From: Asterias rubens
Taxonomy: Eukaryota
Assembly (NCBI RefSeq): GCF_902459465.1
Contig: NC_047062.1
Location: 24,056,001-24,120,000 of the forward strand
Length of the DNA stretch: 64,000 nucleotides
Direction: 5' to 3'
A program made the translations under genes and the position numbers. The notes beneath the pieces were generated by a model. That model saw nothing but the letters and a program-made list of their open reading frames with translations, had not been told where the DNA came from and did not search any database. This document shows positions 1 through 11,830 of this stretch, piece by piece; within the stretch, counting starts at the first letter, position 1; each line of letters starts with the position of its first letter.

Positions 1-46
1 CGATCCGGCCGTAGCCGTAGCTGTAGCTGCCAATTCGGATCTGGCC
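1..46. mobile_element. Right end of a small PIF/Harbinger-like MITE (truncated by window edge)
   Basis: gtagccgtagctgtagctgccaattcggatctggcc followed by TTA; same end motif as the MITE at 438-563. Confidence 0.5.
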
Positions 47-437
47 TTATTCATGTTTTGATATTGTACCATCTTCATTACTATCTGGTGGAAATCTGTT
101 GTGGGCAGCACATTGTTTTTGCTTAGAGTGCTGGGCGAAATGTTTTAGTTCTGGGAGACCTGCCTGGAACCGTCCGCCATACCTCAAAAAAGGCTTATGG
201 TGGGCGGTGATACGCGCGCGTCACACGCAGCGACTGATGCCACGCTCACCATGTTTGTGGTCATTAGGTTAACGTGTAAGCGCCGCGTCGCCTAAAATGC
301 GCACTTCACAGAATAACACACGTTCTATTTCTAGTGCTCAATCACACAAATTTACCCAAACCTTATAATAGTGTTGTTATAGCATTGTGTCCGCCATACC
401 TCAAAAAGGCTTATGGCTACAATGCTGGTTAATGTTA

Positions 438-563
438 GGCCGTGTCCGAATTGGCGACTTCGACTAGCTACGGCTAGGGCACGCGCGTCTGCTATTCTTC
501 AACACTGGCAGACGCGCTGATCTAGCCGTAGCTGTAGCCAAAGTCGCCAATTCGGACACGGCC
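438..563. mobile_element. PIF/Harbinger-like MITE (~126 bp) in a CHAC2 intron
   Basis: 22-bp terminal inverted repeats GGCCGTGTCCGAATTGGCGACT / AGTCGCCAATTCGGACACGGCC, flanked by TTA and TCA (imperfect 3-bp TSD). Confidence 0.65.
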
Positions 564-672
564 TCAGGCTCTTCAACTCTATGGTGAGGTTATACACACA
601 CACAATGTATTTGACCTTGGCAAAATTAGCGGTCTAGGTACATGTATGCAGGGGTTAGGTTCTATTGTTTAC

Positions 673-1262
673 CTGAGAGTCTGGCAGCAGCGTAACTACA
701 CGTCCAGGCTGAAAAAGAAACACACACAAAACATTGTAAGCTAAACTTGAAAATTTACTAATAGAAATAGGGTGGTGTTGAGTGTTTGAACTACAACATA
801 GAAATTGTTTAGTAGCTGAGGTGACATTGAGGGTCAAACTCATCAAAGACAATAGCCATGTTAAGTGTAACCTTCATTATTTTTAACTTGAAAGTTGAAT
901 TGAATGGCAGGTACATTTAGTATGTAATTCAAAACTGAATGACCATAAAACTAAGTTGTAGACGTAGGTAGTACCTCCATGGGCTGTTGGCATGGTAGGT
1001 TGGTGCTGTATAAAAATGACGAGTCATCCTCATTTCTCTACCGACTGCGATTGGTCATGGATCCGTGGATCCGTATTGGATGGGATTATTTATATTGTAT
1101 AAACGGCAAAGAAACGAGTGAGCTTACCTTCCTTGGGTTTCCCCTGTGATCTGGGCTTCCTTGCCAAAATCGTCTTGCATATCCATCGATGTATCCTGCT
1201 ACTTTTCGTTGGTAAGGAAAGTTCACTTTCCATATCAATGATCCGTAGCCGAAAGCCCACAT
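673..1262 (-). CDS. CHAC2: Glutathione-specific gamma-glutamylcyclotransferase CHAC2-like, exons 1-2 (1262-1128, 708-673); remainder lies outside the window
   Basis: [45 protein letters not shown]|[12 protein letters not shown] matches the ChaC N-terminus (FGYGSL, RRFWQ.S.DHRG, PGRVVTL); GT-AG introns in phase 0. Confidence 0.93.
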
Positions 1263-1303
1263 AACCGTGTCCTTTTTGAGAGTTTTCTGAGGTAGAGTGT
1301 TGT

Positions 1304-1445
1304 ACCAGACTGAAGTGAGCACCAAATTTGGGCCCAACACCAAATTTGGTGATGGCAAAAAAATTTGGTGCTAGCACCAAATTTCGATATAACTGTCGAC
1401 GACCGTCATTACCCGTCGAAGACAGTGCGGAAGGATTGTACACGC
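1304..1445 (+). repeat. Left terminal (non-tandem) TIR domain with nested palindromes
   Basis: Reverse complement of 17479-17620 with no difference seen by eye; perfect palindromes CACCAAATTTGGTG (1338-1351) and AAATTTGGTGCTAGCACCAAATTT (1361-1384). Confidence 0.9.
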
Positions 1446-4400
1446 GTAAGGTATGGGTAGATTCAAAGCCAAGAGTTCTATCTTAATTGGGCAATATTAT
1501 TAATTTTTATTTCATAAATCTATTCCTCATACCCCTGGCTAAATCAGATTAGCGCCCCAGTGTTTGAAGTCTGCTAATTAGCTTAGCCCAATTAATTTAG
1601 TCAATGAAGAATATACGAATTTTTGTACTGTATGCGCTGTATGCGTAAGGTATGGGCAATTACAAAGCCAAGAGTTCCATCTTAATTGGAAAAATTTATT
1701 AATTTTTAGTTCATAAATCTATTCCTCATACCCCTGGCTATATCAGATTAGCGCCCCAACTTGTTAAGTCTGCTAATTAGCTCAGCCCAATTAATTTAAT
1801 AAGGGAAGAACTTGCTAGTTTTTGTACTTTATACGCTGTTTATATGCTATGCAAAGAACAAGCGTATAGGTACGGGCATATACAAAGCCAAGAGTTCCAT
1901 CTTAATTAGCAAAAATTATTAATTTTTATTTCATAAATCTATTCCTCATACGTCTGGCTATATAAGCCCGGCGCCCCAATGTGTTAAGTCTTCTAATTAG
2001 TTCAGCCCAATTAATTTAATAAGGGAAGAATTTACGAGTTTTTCTACTTTTTACGCTGTACATTATGCTGTACACAAAGAACAAGCGTAAGATATGGGCA
2101 ATTACAAAGCCAAGAGTTCCATCTTAATTGGAAAATATTATTAAATTTTATTTCATAAATCTGTTTCTCATATCCCTGGCTATAATAAGCCCGGCGCCCC
2201 AATGTGTTAAGTCTTCTAATTAGTTCAGCCCAATTAATTTAATAAGGGAATAATTTACGAGTTTTTCTACTTTATACGCTGTACATTATGCTATACACAA
2301 AGAACAAGCGTAAGGTATGGGCAATTACAAAGCCAAGAGTTCCATCTTAATTAGAAAATATTATTAATTTTTATTTCATAAATCTATTCCTCATACCTCT
2401 GGCTATATAAGCCCGGCGCCCCAATGTGTTAAGTCTTCTAATTAGTTCAGCCCAATTAATTTAATAAGGGAAGAATTTACGAGTTTTTCTACTTTTTACG
2501 CTGTACATTATGCTATACACAAAGAACAAGCGTAAGATACGGGCAATTACAAAGCCAAGAGTTCCATATTAATTGGAAAATATTATTAATTTTTATTTCA
2601 TAAATCTATTCCTCATACCTCTGGCTATATAAGCCCGGCGCCCCAATGTGTTAAGTCTGCTAATTAGCTCAGCCCAATTAATTTAATAAGGGAAGAACTT
2701 GCTAGTTTTTGTACTTTATACGCTGTTTATATGCTATGCAAAGAACAAGCGTCTAGGTACGGGCATATACAAAGCCAAGAGTTCCATCTTAATTGGAAAA
2801 TATTATTAATTTTTATTTCATAAATCTATTCCTCATACCTCTGGCTATATAAGCCCGGCGCCCCAATGTGTTAAGTCTTCTAATTAGTTCAGCCCAATTA
2901 ATTTAATAAGGGAAGAACTTGCTAGTTTTTGTACTTTATACGCTGTTTATATGCTATGCAAAGAACAAGCGTCTAGGTACGGGCATATACAAAGCCAAGA
3001 GTTCCATCTTAATTGGAAAATATTATTAATTTTTATTTCATAAATCTATTCCTCATACCTCTGGCTATATAAGCCCGGCGCCCCAATGTGTTAAGTCTGC
3101 TAATTAGCTCAGCCCAACTAAATTAATCAGGGAAGATTTTACGAATTTGTGTACTTTTACGCTATACTTATATAACAAGCGCGTAAGGTATGGGAAATTA
3201 CAAAGCCAAGAGTTCCACCTTAATTGGAAAATATTATTAATTTTTATTTCATCAAATATGTTTCCCATACCCCTGGCTATATATGCCCAGCGCCCCAATG
3301 TGTTAAGTCTGCTAATTAGTTCAGCCCAATTAATTTAATAAGGGAAGAATTTACGAGTTTTTCTACTTTTTACGCTGTTTATATGATATGCAAAGAACAA
3401 GTGTATAGGTACGGGCAATTACAAAGCCAAGAGTTCCATATTAATTGGACAATATTATAAATTTTTATTTCATAAATCTGTTCCTCATACCCCTGGCTAT
3501 ATAAGCCCGGCGCCCCAATGTGTTAAGTCTTCTAATTAGTTCAGCCCAATTAATTTAATAAGGGAAGAATTTACGAGTTTTTCTACTTTTTACGCTGTAC
3601 ATTATGCTATACACAAAGAACAAGCGTAAGATACGGGCAATTACAAAGCCAAGAGTTCCATATTAATTGGAAAATATTATTAATTTTTATTTCATAAATC
3701 TGTTCCTCATACCCCTGGCTATATAAGCCCGGCGCCCCAATGTGTTAAGTCTTCTAATTAGTTCAGCCCAATTAATTTAATAAGGGAATAATTTACGAGT
3801 TTTTCTACTTTTTACGCTGTTTATATGATATGCAAAGAACAAGTGTATAGGTACGGGCAATTACAAAGCCAAGAGTTCCATATTAATTGGACAATATTAT
3901 TAATTTTTATTTCATAAATCTGTTCCTCATACCCCTGGCTATATAAGCCCGGCGCCCCAATGTGTTAAGTCTGCTAATTAGCTCAGCCCAATTAATTTAA
4001 TAAGGGAAGAACTTGCTAGTTTTTGTACTCTATACGCTGTTTATATGCTATGCAAAGAACAAGCGTATAGGTACGGGCATATACAAAGCCAAGAGTTCCA
4101 TCTTAATTAGCAAAAATTATTAATTTTTATTTCATAAATCTATTCCTCATACCTCTGGCTATATAAGCCCGGCGCCCCAATGTGTTAAGTCTTCTAATTA
4201 GTTCAGCCCAATTAATTTAATAAGGGAAGAATTTACGAGTTTTTCTACTTTTTACGCTGTACATTATGCTATACACAAAGAACAAGCGTAAGATATGGGC
4301 AATTACAAAGCCAAGAGTTCCATCTTAATTGGAAAATATTATTAATTTTTATTTCATAAATCTGTTCCTCATACCCCTGGCTATATAAGCCCGGCGCCCC

Positions 4401-7400
4401 AATGTGTTAGGTCTTCTAATTAGTTCAGCCCAATTAATTTAATAAGGGAAGAATTTACGAGTTTTTCTACTTTTTACGCTGTACATTTAATGCTATACAC
4501 AAAGAACAAGCGTAAGATATGGGCAATTACAAAGCCAAGAGTTCCATCTTAATTGGAAAATATTATTAATTTTTATTTCATAAATCTGTTCCTCATACCC
4601 CTGGCTATATAAGCCCGGCGCCCCAATGTGTTAGGCCTTCTAATTAGTTCAGCCCAATTAATTTTATAAGGGAAGAATTTACGAGTTTTTCTACTTTTTA
4701 CGCTGTACATTATGCTATACACAAAGAACAAGCGTAAGATATGGGCAATTACAAAGCCAAGAGTTCCATCTTAATTGGAAAATATTATTAATTTTTATTT
4801 CATAAATCTGTTCCTCATACCCCTGGCTATATAAGCCCGGCGCCCCAATGTGTTAAGTCTTCTAATTAGTTCAGCCCAATTAATTTAATAAGGGAAGAAT
4901 TTACGAGTTTTTCTACTTTTTACGCTGTACATTATGCTATACACAAAGAACAAGCGTATAGGTACGGGCATATACAAAGCCAAGAGTTCCATCTTAATTA
5001 GCAAAAATTATTAATTTTTATTTCATAAATCTGTTCCTCATACCCCTGGCTATATAAGCCCGGCGCCCCAATGTGTTAAGTCTTCTAATTAGTTCAGCCC
5101 AATTAATTTAATAAGGGAAGAATTTACGAGTTTTTCTACTTTTTACGCTGTACATTATGCTATACACAAAGAACAAGCGTAAGATATGGGCAATTACAAA
5201 GCCAAGAGTTCCATCTTAATTGGAAAATATTATTAATTTTTATTTCATAAATCTGTTTCTCAAACCCCTGGCTATATAAGCCCGGCGCCCCAATGTGTTA
5301 AGTCTGCTAATTAGCTCAGCCCAATTAATTTAATAAGGGAAGAACTTGCTAGTTTTTGTACTCTATACGCTGTTTATATGCTATGCAAAGAACAAGCGTA
5401 TAGGTACGGGCATATACAAAGCCAAGAGTTCCATCTTAATTAGCAAAAAAATTTAATTTTTATTTCATAAATCTATTCTTCGTACCTCTGGCTATATAAG
5501 CCCGGCGCCCCAATGTGTTAAGTCTTCTAATTAGTTCAGCCCAATTAATTTAATAAGGGAAGAATTTACGAGTTTTTCTACTTTTTACGCTGTACATTAT
5601 GCTATACACAAAGAACAAGCGTAAGATACGGGAAATTACAAAGCCAAGAGTTCCATCTTAATTGGAAAATATTATTAATTTTTATTTCATAAATCTGTTC
5701 CTCATACCCCTGGCTATATAAGCCCGGCGCCCCAATGTGTTAAGTCTTCTAATTAGCTCAGCCCAATGAATTTAATAAGGGAAGAATGTACGAGTTTTTT
5801 TACTTTTTACGCTGTACATTATGCTATACACAAAGAACAAGCGTAAGATACGGGCAATTACAAAGCCAAGAGTTCCATCTTAATTGGAAAATATTATTAA
5901 TTTTTATTTCATAAATCTGTTCCTCATACCCCTGGCTATATAAGCCCGGCGCCCCAATGTGTTAAGTCTTCTAATTAGTTCAGCCCAATTAATTTAATAA
6001 GGGAAGAATTTACGAGTTTTTCTACTTTTTACGCTGTACATTATGCTATACACAAAGAACAAGCGTAAGATACGGGCAATTACAAAGCCAAGAGTTCCAT
6101 CTTAATTGGAAAATATTATTAATTTTTATTTCATAAATCTGTTCCTCATACCCCTGGCTATATAAGCCCGGCGCCCCAATGTGTTAAGTCTGCTAATTAG
6201 CTCAGCCCAATTAATTTAATAAGGGAAGAACTTGCTAGTTTTTGTACTCTATACGCTGTTTATATGCTATGCAAAGAACAAGCGTATAGGTACGGGCATA
6301 TACAAAGCCAAGAGTTCCATCTTAATTAGCAAAAATTATTAATTTTTATTTCATAAATCTGTTCCTCATACCCCTGGCTATATAAGCCCGGCGCCCCAAT
6401 GTGTTAAGTCTGCTAATTAGCTCAGCCCAATTAATTTAATAAGGGAAGAACTTGCTAGTTTTTGTACTCTATACGCTGTTTATATGCTATGCAAAGAACA
6501 AGCGTATAGGTACGGGCATATACAAAGCCAAGAGTTCCATCTTAATTAGCAAAAATTATTAATTTTTATTTCATAAATCTATTCTTCGTACCTCTGGCTA
6601 TATAAGCCCGGCGCCCCAATGTGTTAAGTCTTCTAATTAGTTCAGCCCAATTAATTTAATAAGGGAAGAATTTACGAGTTTTTCTACTTTTTACGCTGTA
6701 CATTATGCTATACACAAAGAACAAGCGTAAGATACGGGCAATTACAAAGCCAAGAGTTCCATCTTAATTGGAAAATATTATTAATTTTTATTTCATAAAT
6801 CTGTTCCTCATACCCCTGGCTATATAAGCCCGGCGCCCCAATGTGTTAAGTCTGCTAATTAGCTCAGCCCAATTAATTTAATAAGGGAAGAACTTGCTAG
6901 TTTTTGTACTCTATACGCTGTTTATATGCTATGCAAAGAACAAGCGTATAGGTACGGGCATATACAAAGCCAAGAGTTCCATCTTAATTAGCAAAAATTA
7001 TTAATTTTTATTTCATAAATCTATTCCTCATACCTCTGGCTATATAAGCCCGGCGCCCCAATGTGTTAAGTCTTCTAATTAGTTCAGCCCAATTAATTTA
7101 ATAAGGGAAGAATTTACGAGTTTTTCTACTTTTTACGCTGTACATTACGCTATACACAAAGAACAAGCGTAAGATACGGGCAATTACAAAGCCAAGAGTT
7201 CCATCTTAATTGGAAAATATTATTAATTTTTATTTCATAAATCTGTTCTTCATACCCCTGGCTATATAAGCCCGGCGCCCCAATGTGTTAAGTCTTCTAA
7301 TTAGTTCAGCCCAATTAATTTAATAAGGGAAGAATTTACGAGTTTTTCTACTTTTTACGCTGTACATTATGCTATACACAAAGAACAAGCGTAAGATACG

Positions 7401-8615
7401 GGAAATTACAAAGCCAAGAGTTCCATCTTAATTGGAAAATATTATTAATTTTTATTTCATAAATCTATTCTGTATACCTCTAGCTAAGTCAGATTAGCGC
7501 CCCAACTTGTTAAGTCTGCTAATTAGCTCAGCCCAATTAATTTAATCAAGGAAGAATTTATGAGTGTTGATACTGTATGCGCTGTATGCGTAAGGTAGGG
7601 GAAAATAAAAAGGCAAGAGTTCCATCTTAATTGGAAAATATTATTAGTTTTTATTTCATAAATCTGTTCCTTGTACCTTTGGCCATGTCAGATTAGCGCC
7701 CCATTGTGTAACGTTTTCTAATGAGCTCAGCCCAATTAATCCAATTAGGGAAGAAATTGCGAATTCCGTACTGTTTATACGCTAATATGCATAATACATC
7801 ATGCGTAGGGTATAGGCAAAAACTAAACAAACGAATTCCATCTAACTTTGAAAATATTAATATTATTTATCTCATAAATGTGTTCCACATACCCATGGCT
7901 AAATCAATTTAGTACCTCGACGTGTTACCTTACCTAATTAGCTCAGCCCAATTAAATTAATAAAGAGAATCATTCATGAATTTCTTACTATACGTTGTAT
8001 GAACACACGCGTAAGGTATGGGCAAATACAAAGCCAAGAGTTCCATCTTAATTGGTAAATATGATTAATTTTTATTTCATAAATCTATTCTTTATACCTC
8101 TAGCTACGTCAGATTAGCGCCCCAACTTGTTAAGTCTGCTAATTAGCTCAGCCCAATTAATTTAATCAAGGAAGAATTTACGAATGTTGATACTGTATGC
8201 GCTGTATGCGTAAGGTAGGGGAAAATACAAAGCCAAGAGTTCCATCTTAATTGGAAATTATTATTAATTTTTATTTCATAAATCTGTTCCTCACACCCAT
8301 GGCTATATCAGATTAGCGCCCCAACTTGTTAAGACTGCTTATTAGCTCAGCCCAATTAAATTAATAAGGGAATAATTTACTAGTTTTTGTACTGTATAAC
8401 GCTATTAATATGCTATACAAAGAACAAGCGTAAGGTTTGGGCAAATAAAAAGGCAAGAGTTCCATCTTAATTGGAAAATATTATTAATTTTTATTTCATA
8501 AATCTGTTACTCATACCCCTGGCTATATCAGACTAGCGCCCCAACTTGATAAGTCAGCTAATTAGCTCAGCCCAATTAATTTAATCAGGGAAGAATTTAC
8601 TAGTTTTTGTACTGT
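1446..8615 (+). repeat. Left arm: ~33 tandem units of ~200-223 bp
   Basis: Anchor CAAAGCCAAGAGTTCC recurs at 2105, 2328, 2550, 2770, 2990 etc. (period 220-223); edge units more diverged. Confidence 0.95.
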
Positions 8616-8911
8616 AAGATGTAGCCACTTGCACGAACTTGTTCTAATATATGAAAAAGACATGTTACCCCTTCACAGAGAGTTTGCAGACGGTTTTTGC
8701 AAAAAAAAAAAAAATATGTAATAAAAAGCCTCTAAAATTAGCGAGGGAAAAATGGTCTAAAAGAGTCCGTCAGCCAGGTACTCAGGGAATATACCTAACG
8801 CCACCAACAAAAGAAATTAAATTTAAAGGTCTTTCAACGAATACGACAAATACAAGAATAAACACTAAAACATGCTCCCAAACGTAAAAATGTCAGTGAC
8901 CCCTCGCATGA

Positions 8912-10750
8912 ACCAACACAGCCAATCATGACGAAAAAGCCTATAAACACGAACACCGGCCATCACTTTTTCCAGTCGGCAAGGGCATATGTAACAACTC
9001 TGTTTCATGTTGGTGGGTATCATCAATCCAGGCTCTTTTTCCTGTTTACATAACAGTTCGTAGAACTGCAAGTCAAATTCCGAATTTAAACGCTTTCAAG
9101 CGTGAATTAATTCTTACTTTTGAAAAACTTAAAAACCAAGTGTGTCAAGCAGTTCCTTTCTATTCCGTTAAACAAAGTATTAGAACGTGTGCAAGATTTT
9201 GTTCAATAGATCCACTCCAACAGCAGGATGCAGCAGAATTTTTAACCTGTCATGAGGTTTGTAGCTTTTTCCATGATGCTGGTGTGTCGCCCTATATAAT
9301 TAGTAAACAGACACGGCGATGTGATCGATGTAAAGACATTTCCACAGTCAATACAAGGACCCCAATTTTGCCAGTAACAGCAATGGACCAAATAATAGAA
9401 TCTGGCATACGAGAGTATTTTCGCTCAAACGACTTGTGTAATGTTTGTAATCGGGGAGTAAGATATAACGAATCAGTAATAACCCTTGCACCTCAAATTG
9501 TCATTGTTCAATTAATGCGCTTTAGATGGGAAGACGGGAGAGCTTCAAAAGTATTGGACAATGTTTATGTGGAAGATGTAATTGATCTTACCCCACTTTG
9601 TGCAGATCAAACATCGAAATCCTTGTATCATTTAATATCAGTCGTGGTACACCGTGGAAACAGTGTTCAAAGTGGTCACTATGTTACTTATGTTAATGAT
9701 CGCATTAACCAGAGAAAAATATTGTATGATGATCATGAAGTTGACCAAGTGACTGACCAAGAATTTCAACAATCTGTTGATGAAGGCGCCTACATCCTCA
9801 TTTATGAAAAATGTCATGATTTAACCAAATATACTGATGAGCATGCAACAGATGGGGATTCGGCAACGCCTTCAGGTTCAAGTACCCAGCATCAAAACAA
9901 TGACAACCGTAACAATGCTCCTCTTAACAGTAAACATTTCTCAGTTACACCAAACGAAAAAGTCTTTGTTGAAAATGTGTGGGGTTACATTGACGAAAGT
10001 ATTGTACACAAAGATGCACTCAAATTAAAAACAAATAATGAAACTATTACTTTCTGCCATCTTGCCATACTCAATTTTCACATACCTAATACATTATTTC
10101 AAACCTTGCAGACGACTGGAACAGAATATATAAGGGGATGGACGAGTAATTTTTTTGTTGATTTTTACCTCCAGCAGTTAGCCGACAGCAATGAGGTTAC
10201 GTCAACCATTGGTGCACTTCTGTGTTCTGAAACACTGGCTATAGTTGATAGAAAAGAAAGTGTTTCAACTTACCGTTCAGTGAAGCGCAAATGTATACAT
10301 AACAATCGGTGGTGCGATTTGATACTCTGTCCCCTTTTGAAGAGCAACCATTTTGTATTGTACGTCATAGATCAAAATAAACAATGCATTTTGTCTTATG
10401 ATCCACTGCGTCCATCATTATTCACATCAATGCCAAAACACGCAAAAGCTTTTGCAGATTTTTTTTCTTCTGGTCTGAGCCTCGTTCACTGGGATAAACT
10501 ACCAAATATCATACAACCTGGAGGCAAGGTAGCAATAACAAATTCTACGTCGGTTTCTCAAAATGATTTTTCCGCATGTGGTCTGTATTGCTGCGTTTTT
10601 GCTGAAGAGGTCGCTTTGGGAAAACGAAAGGTGAGACACATTGATACAAGTGAAGAACTTAGATTATACTTAACAATGAACGTCATTCGTAGAGCTCACA
10701 TATTAGATGTCGGGCTAAAACAGCTGTTTGGTCAAAGTTTTCATAATTAG
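8912..10750 (+). CDS. Element cargo: USP (peptidase C19) domain fused to Ulp1/SENP-like (peptidase C48) domain; start codon uncertain
   Basis: Frame open from 8912. Cys box GICNNSVSCWWVSSIQAL (Cys 9008-9010), QQQDAAEFL, two CxxC pairs, APQIVIVQLMRF, His box VVVHRGNSVQSGHYVTY and YDD; then NHFVLYVID...YDPL and QNDFSACGLYCC. Confidence 0.82.
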   Translation, partial: TNTANHDEKAYKHEHRPSLFPVGKGICNNSVSCWWVSSIQALFPVYITVRRTASQIPNLNAFKRELILTFEKLKNQVCQAVPFYSVKQSIRTCARFCSIDPLQQQDAAEFLTCHEVCSFFHDAGVSPYIISKQTRRCDRCKDISTVNTRTPILPVTAMDQIIESGIREYFRSNDLCNVCNRGVRYNESVITLAPQIVIVQLMRFRWEDGRASKVLDNVYVEDVIDLTPLCADQTSKSLYHLISVVVHRGNSVQSGHYVTYVNDRINQRKILYDDHEVDQVTDQEFQQSVDEGAYILIYEKCHDLTKYTDEHATDGDSATPSGSSTQHQNNDNRNNAPLNSKHFSVTPNEKVFVENVWGYIDESIVHKDALKLKTNNETITFCHLAILNFHIPNTLFQTLQTTGTEYIRGWTSNFFVDFYLQQLADSNEVTSTIGALLCSETLAIVDRKESVSTYRSVKRKCIHNNRWCDLILCPLLKSNHFVLYVIDQNKQCILSYDPLRPSLFTSMPKHAKAFADFFSSGLSLVHWDKLPNIIQPGGKVAITNSTSVSQNDFSACGLYCCVFAEEVALGKRKVRHIDTSEELRLYLTMNVIRRAHILDVGLKQLFGQSFHN

Positions 10751-10799
10751 TGATCAAATCAAACACAATATGCTTTTTAATTAATCAAATATTATGTAA

Positions 10800-11830
10800 C
10801 AAGATAGATCTCTCGCTCTTGTAATTACCCATTCCATACGCAGCATGTGCTAGCGTATACTGAATAAATATGTGAAATCGTCTCTCGATTAACATGATAA
10901 CTTGTTTCTACTTAAGCTGGAACTCTTATTTGCCCATACCTTAGTAGGCATGTATTTAATAAAGAATATTAGCCCACGCAGTAGGAATTTGTGAGGTATT
11001 AATTTGGCTGAGCTAATTAACCAATGTTACATGGTATATAGGGTGACTAGTCGAATATTAGCTCCCCTCGGTATGGAAATTGAAAAACTAGTTTGTCAAC
11101 TTCCAATACCTCGGGAAGCTATTATCGACTAGTCACCCTCAAACCATATAGAGCAAGTTCAATCAACAGACTAAAGTTGACTACTGTTGACCATTTGGCG
11201 ATTTCGCCTGTTTGTGAATCTTCAATCTATTAAATAAATTTTGCTGAGCTAATTAGCCAATGTTACATGGTTTATTTAGGGTGACTAGTCGATTAGTAGA
11301 ACATTGACTATAGTGGTTGAAAAATGGTCGCTGATCGAACTTGCTCCATGTTATCTTTGTATAGTACATACCTCATACATATTCATGACCTAGAGTCGAG
11401 TTCTCATTGGTCCATTCATAACCAGGTGTTAATTTTGCTAATTACCAAGCGGTACGTGAGTATTCACGCAAGTGGTAGATGCGCATGACAAGTAATAGCT
11501 CCCCGGGAGCTATTCTACTTGTCATGCGCACTACCATTGCGCGACGTCATCCCTGGGCGATATTGATCGTGGCACCGTTTGTATACACGCGCACGAACAG
11601 CGCTCTCTAAGCGACATCCAACACATGAACAAACTTATAATGTGCATTTTGTTTCAAAGTCATCATTTTCTCTTGCACAAAACTCATGTTCCGGTAACTG
11701 AATATGTACGAAGTATAGTAAAACAAATAACATGATTTATTTCAGGTGACTAGTCGACGAGAGGCCCCCGAGGTATTGGGTAAACTTCCTATACCTATAG
11801 GGGAGCTAATATCGACTAGTCACCGTCAAA
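10800..11830. repeat. Degenerate inner right-arm zone with short palindromic cassettes
   Basis: Decayed arm-unit fragments (gctgagctaatta, ttgcccatacc) interleaved with hairpins at 11040-11139, 11473-11536 and 11745-11824. Confidence 0.6.

Noticed and set aside
1263-1358. N-terminal extension of CHAC2 suggested by the ORF track
   Set aside because: It starts at a TTG inside the TIR; the family-typical start is MWAFGYGSL at 1262.
3104-3338. Short ORFs in the arms (also 7721-7912 and 15366-15600)
   Set aside because: Chance frames in repeat variants; the identical mirrored ORFs simply reflect the inverted arms.
1446-8615. CRISPR-like array
   Set aside because: Units are ~220-bp head-to-tail near-copies with no unique spacers, no cas genes, and a eukaryotic context.
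8620-11830. Transposase, integrase or Rep/helicase in the element core
   Set aside because: No DDE, zinc-finger/FLYWCH or helicase motifs seen; the only long frame is the protease fusion.
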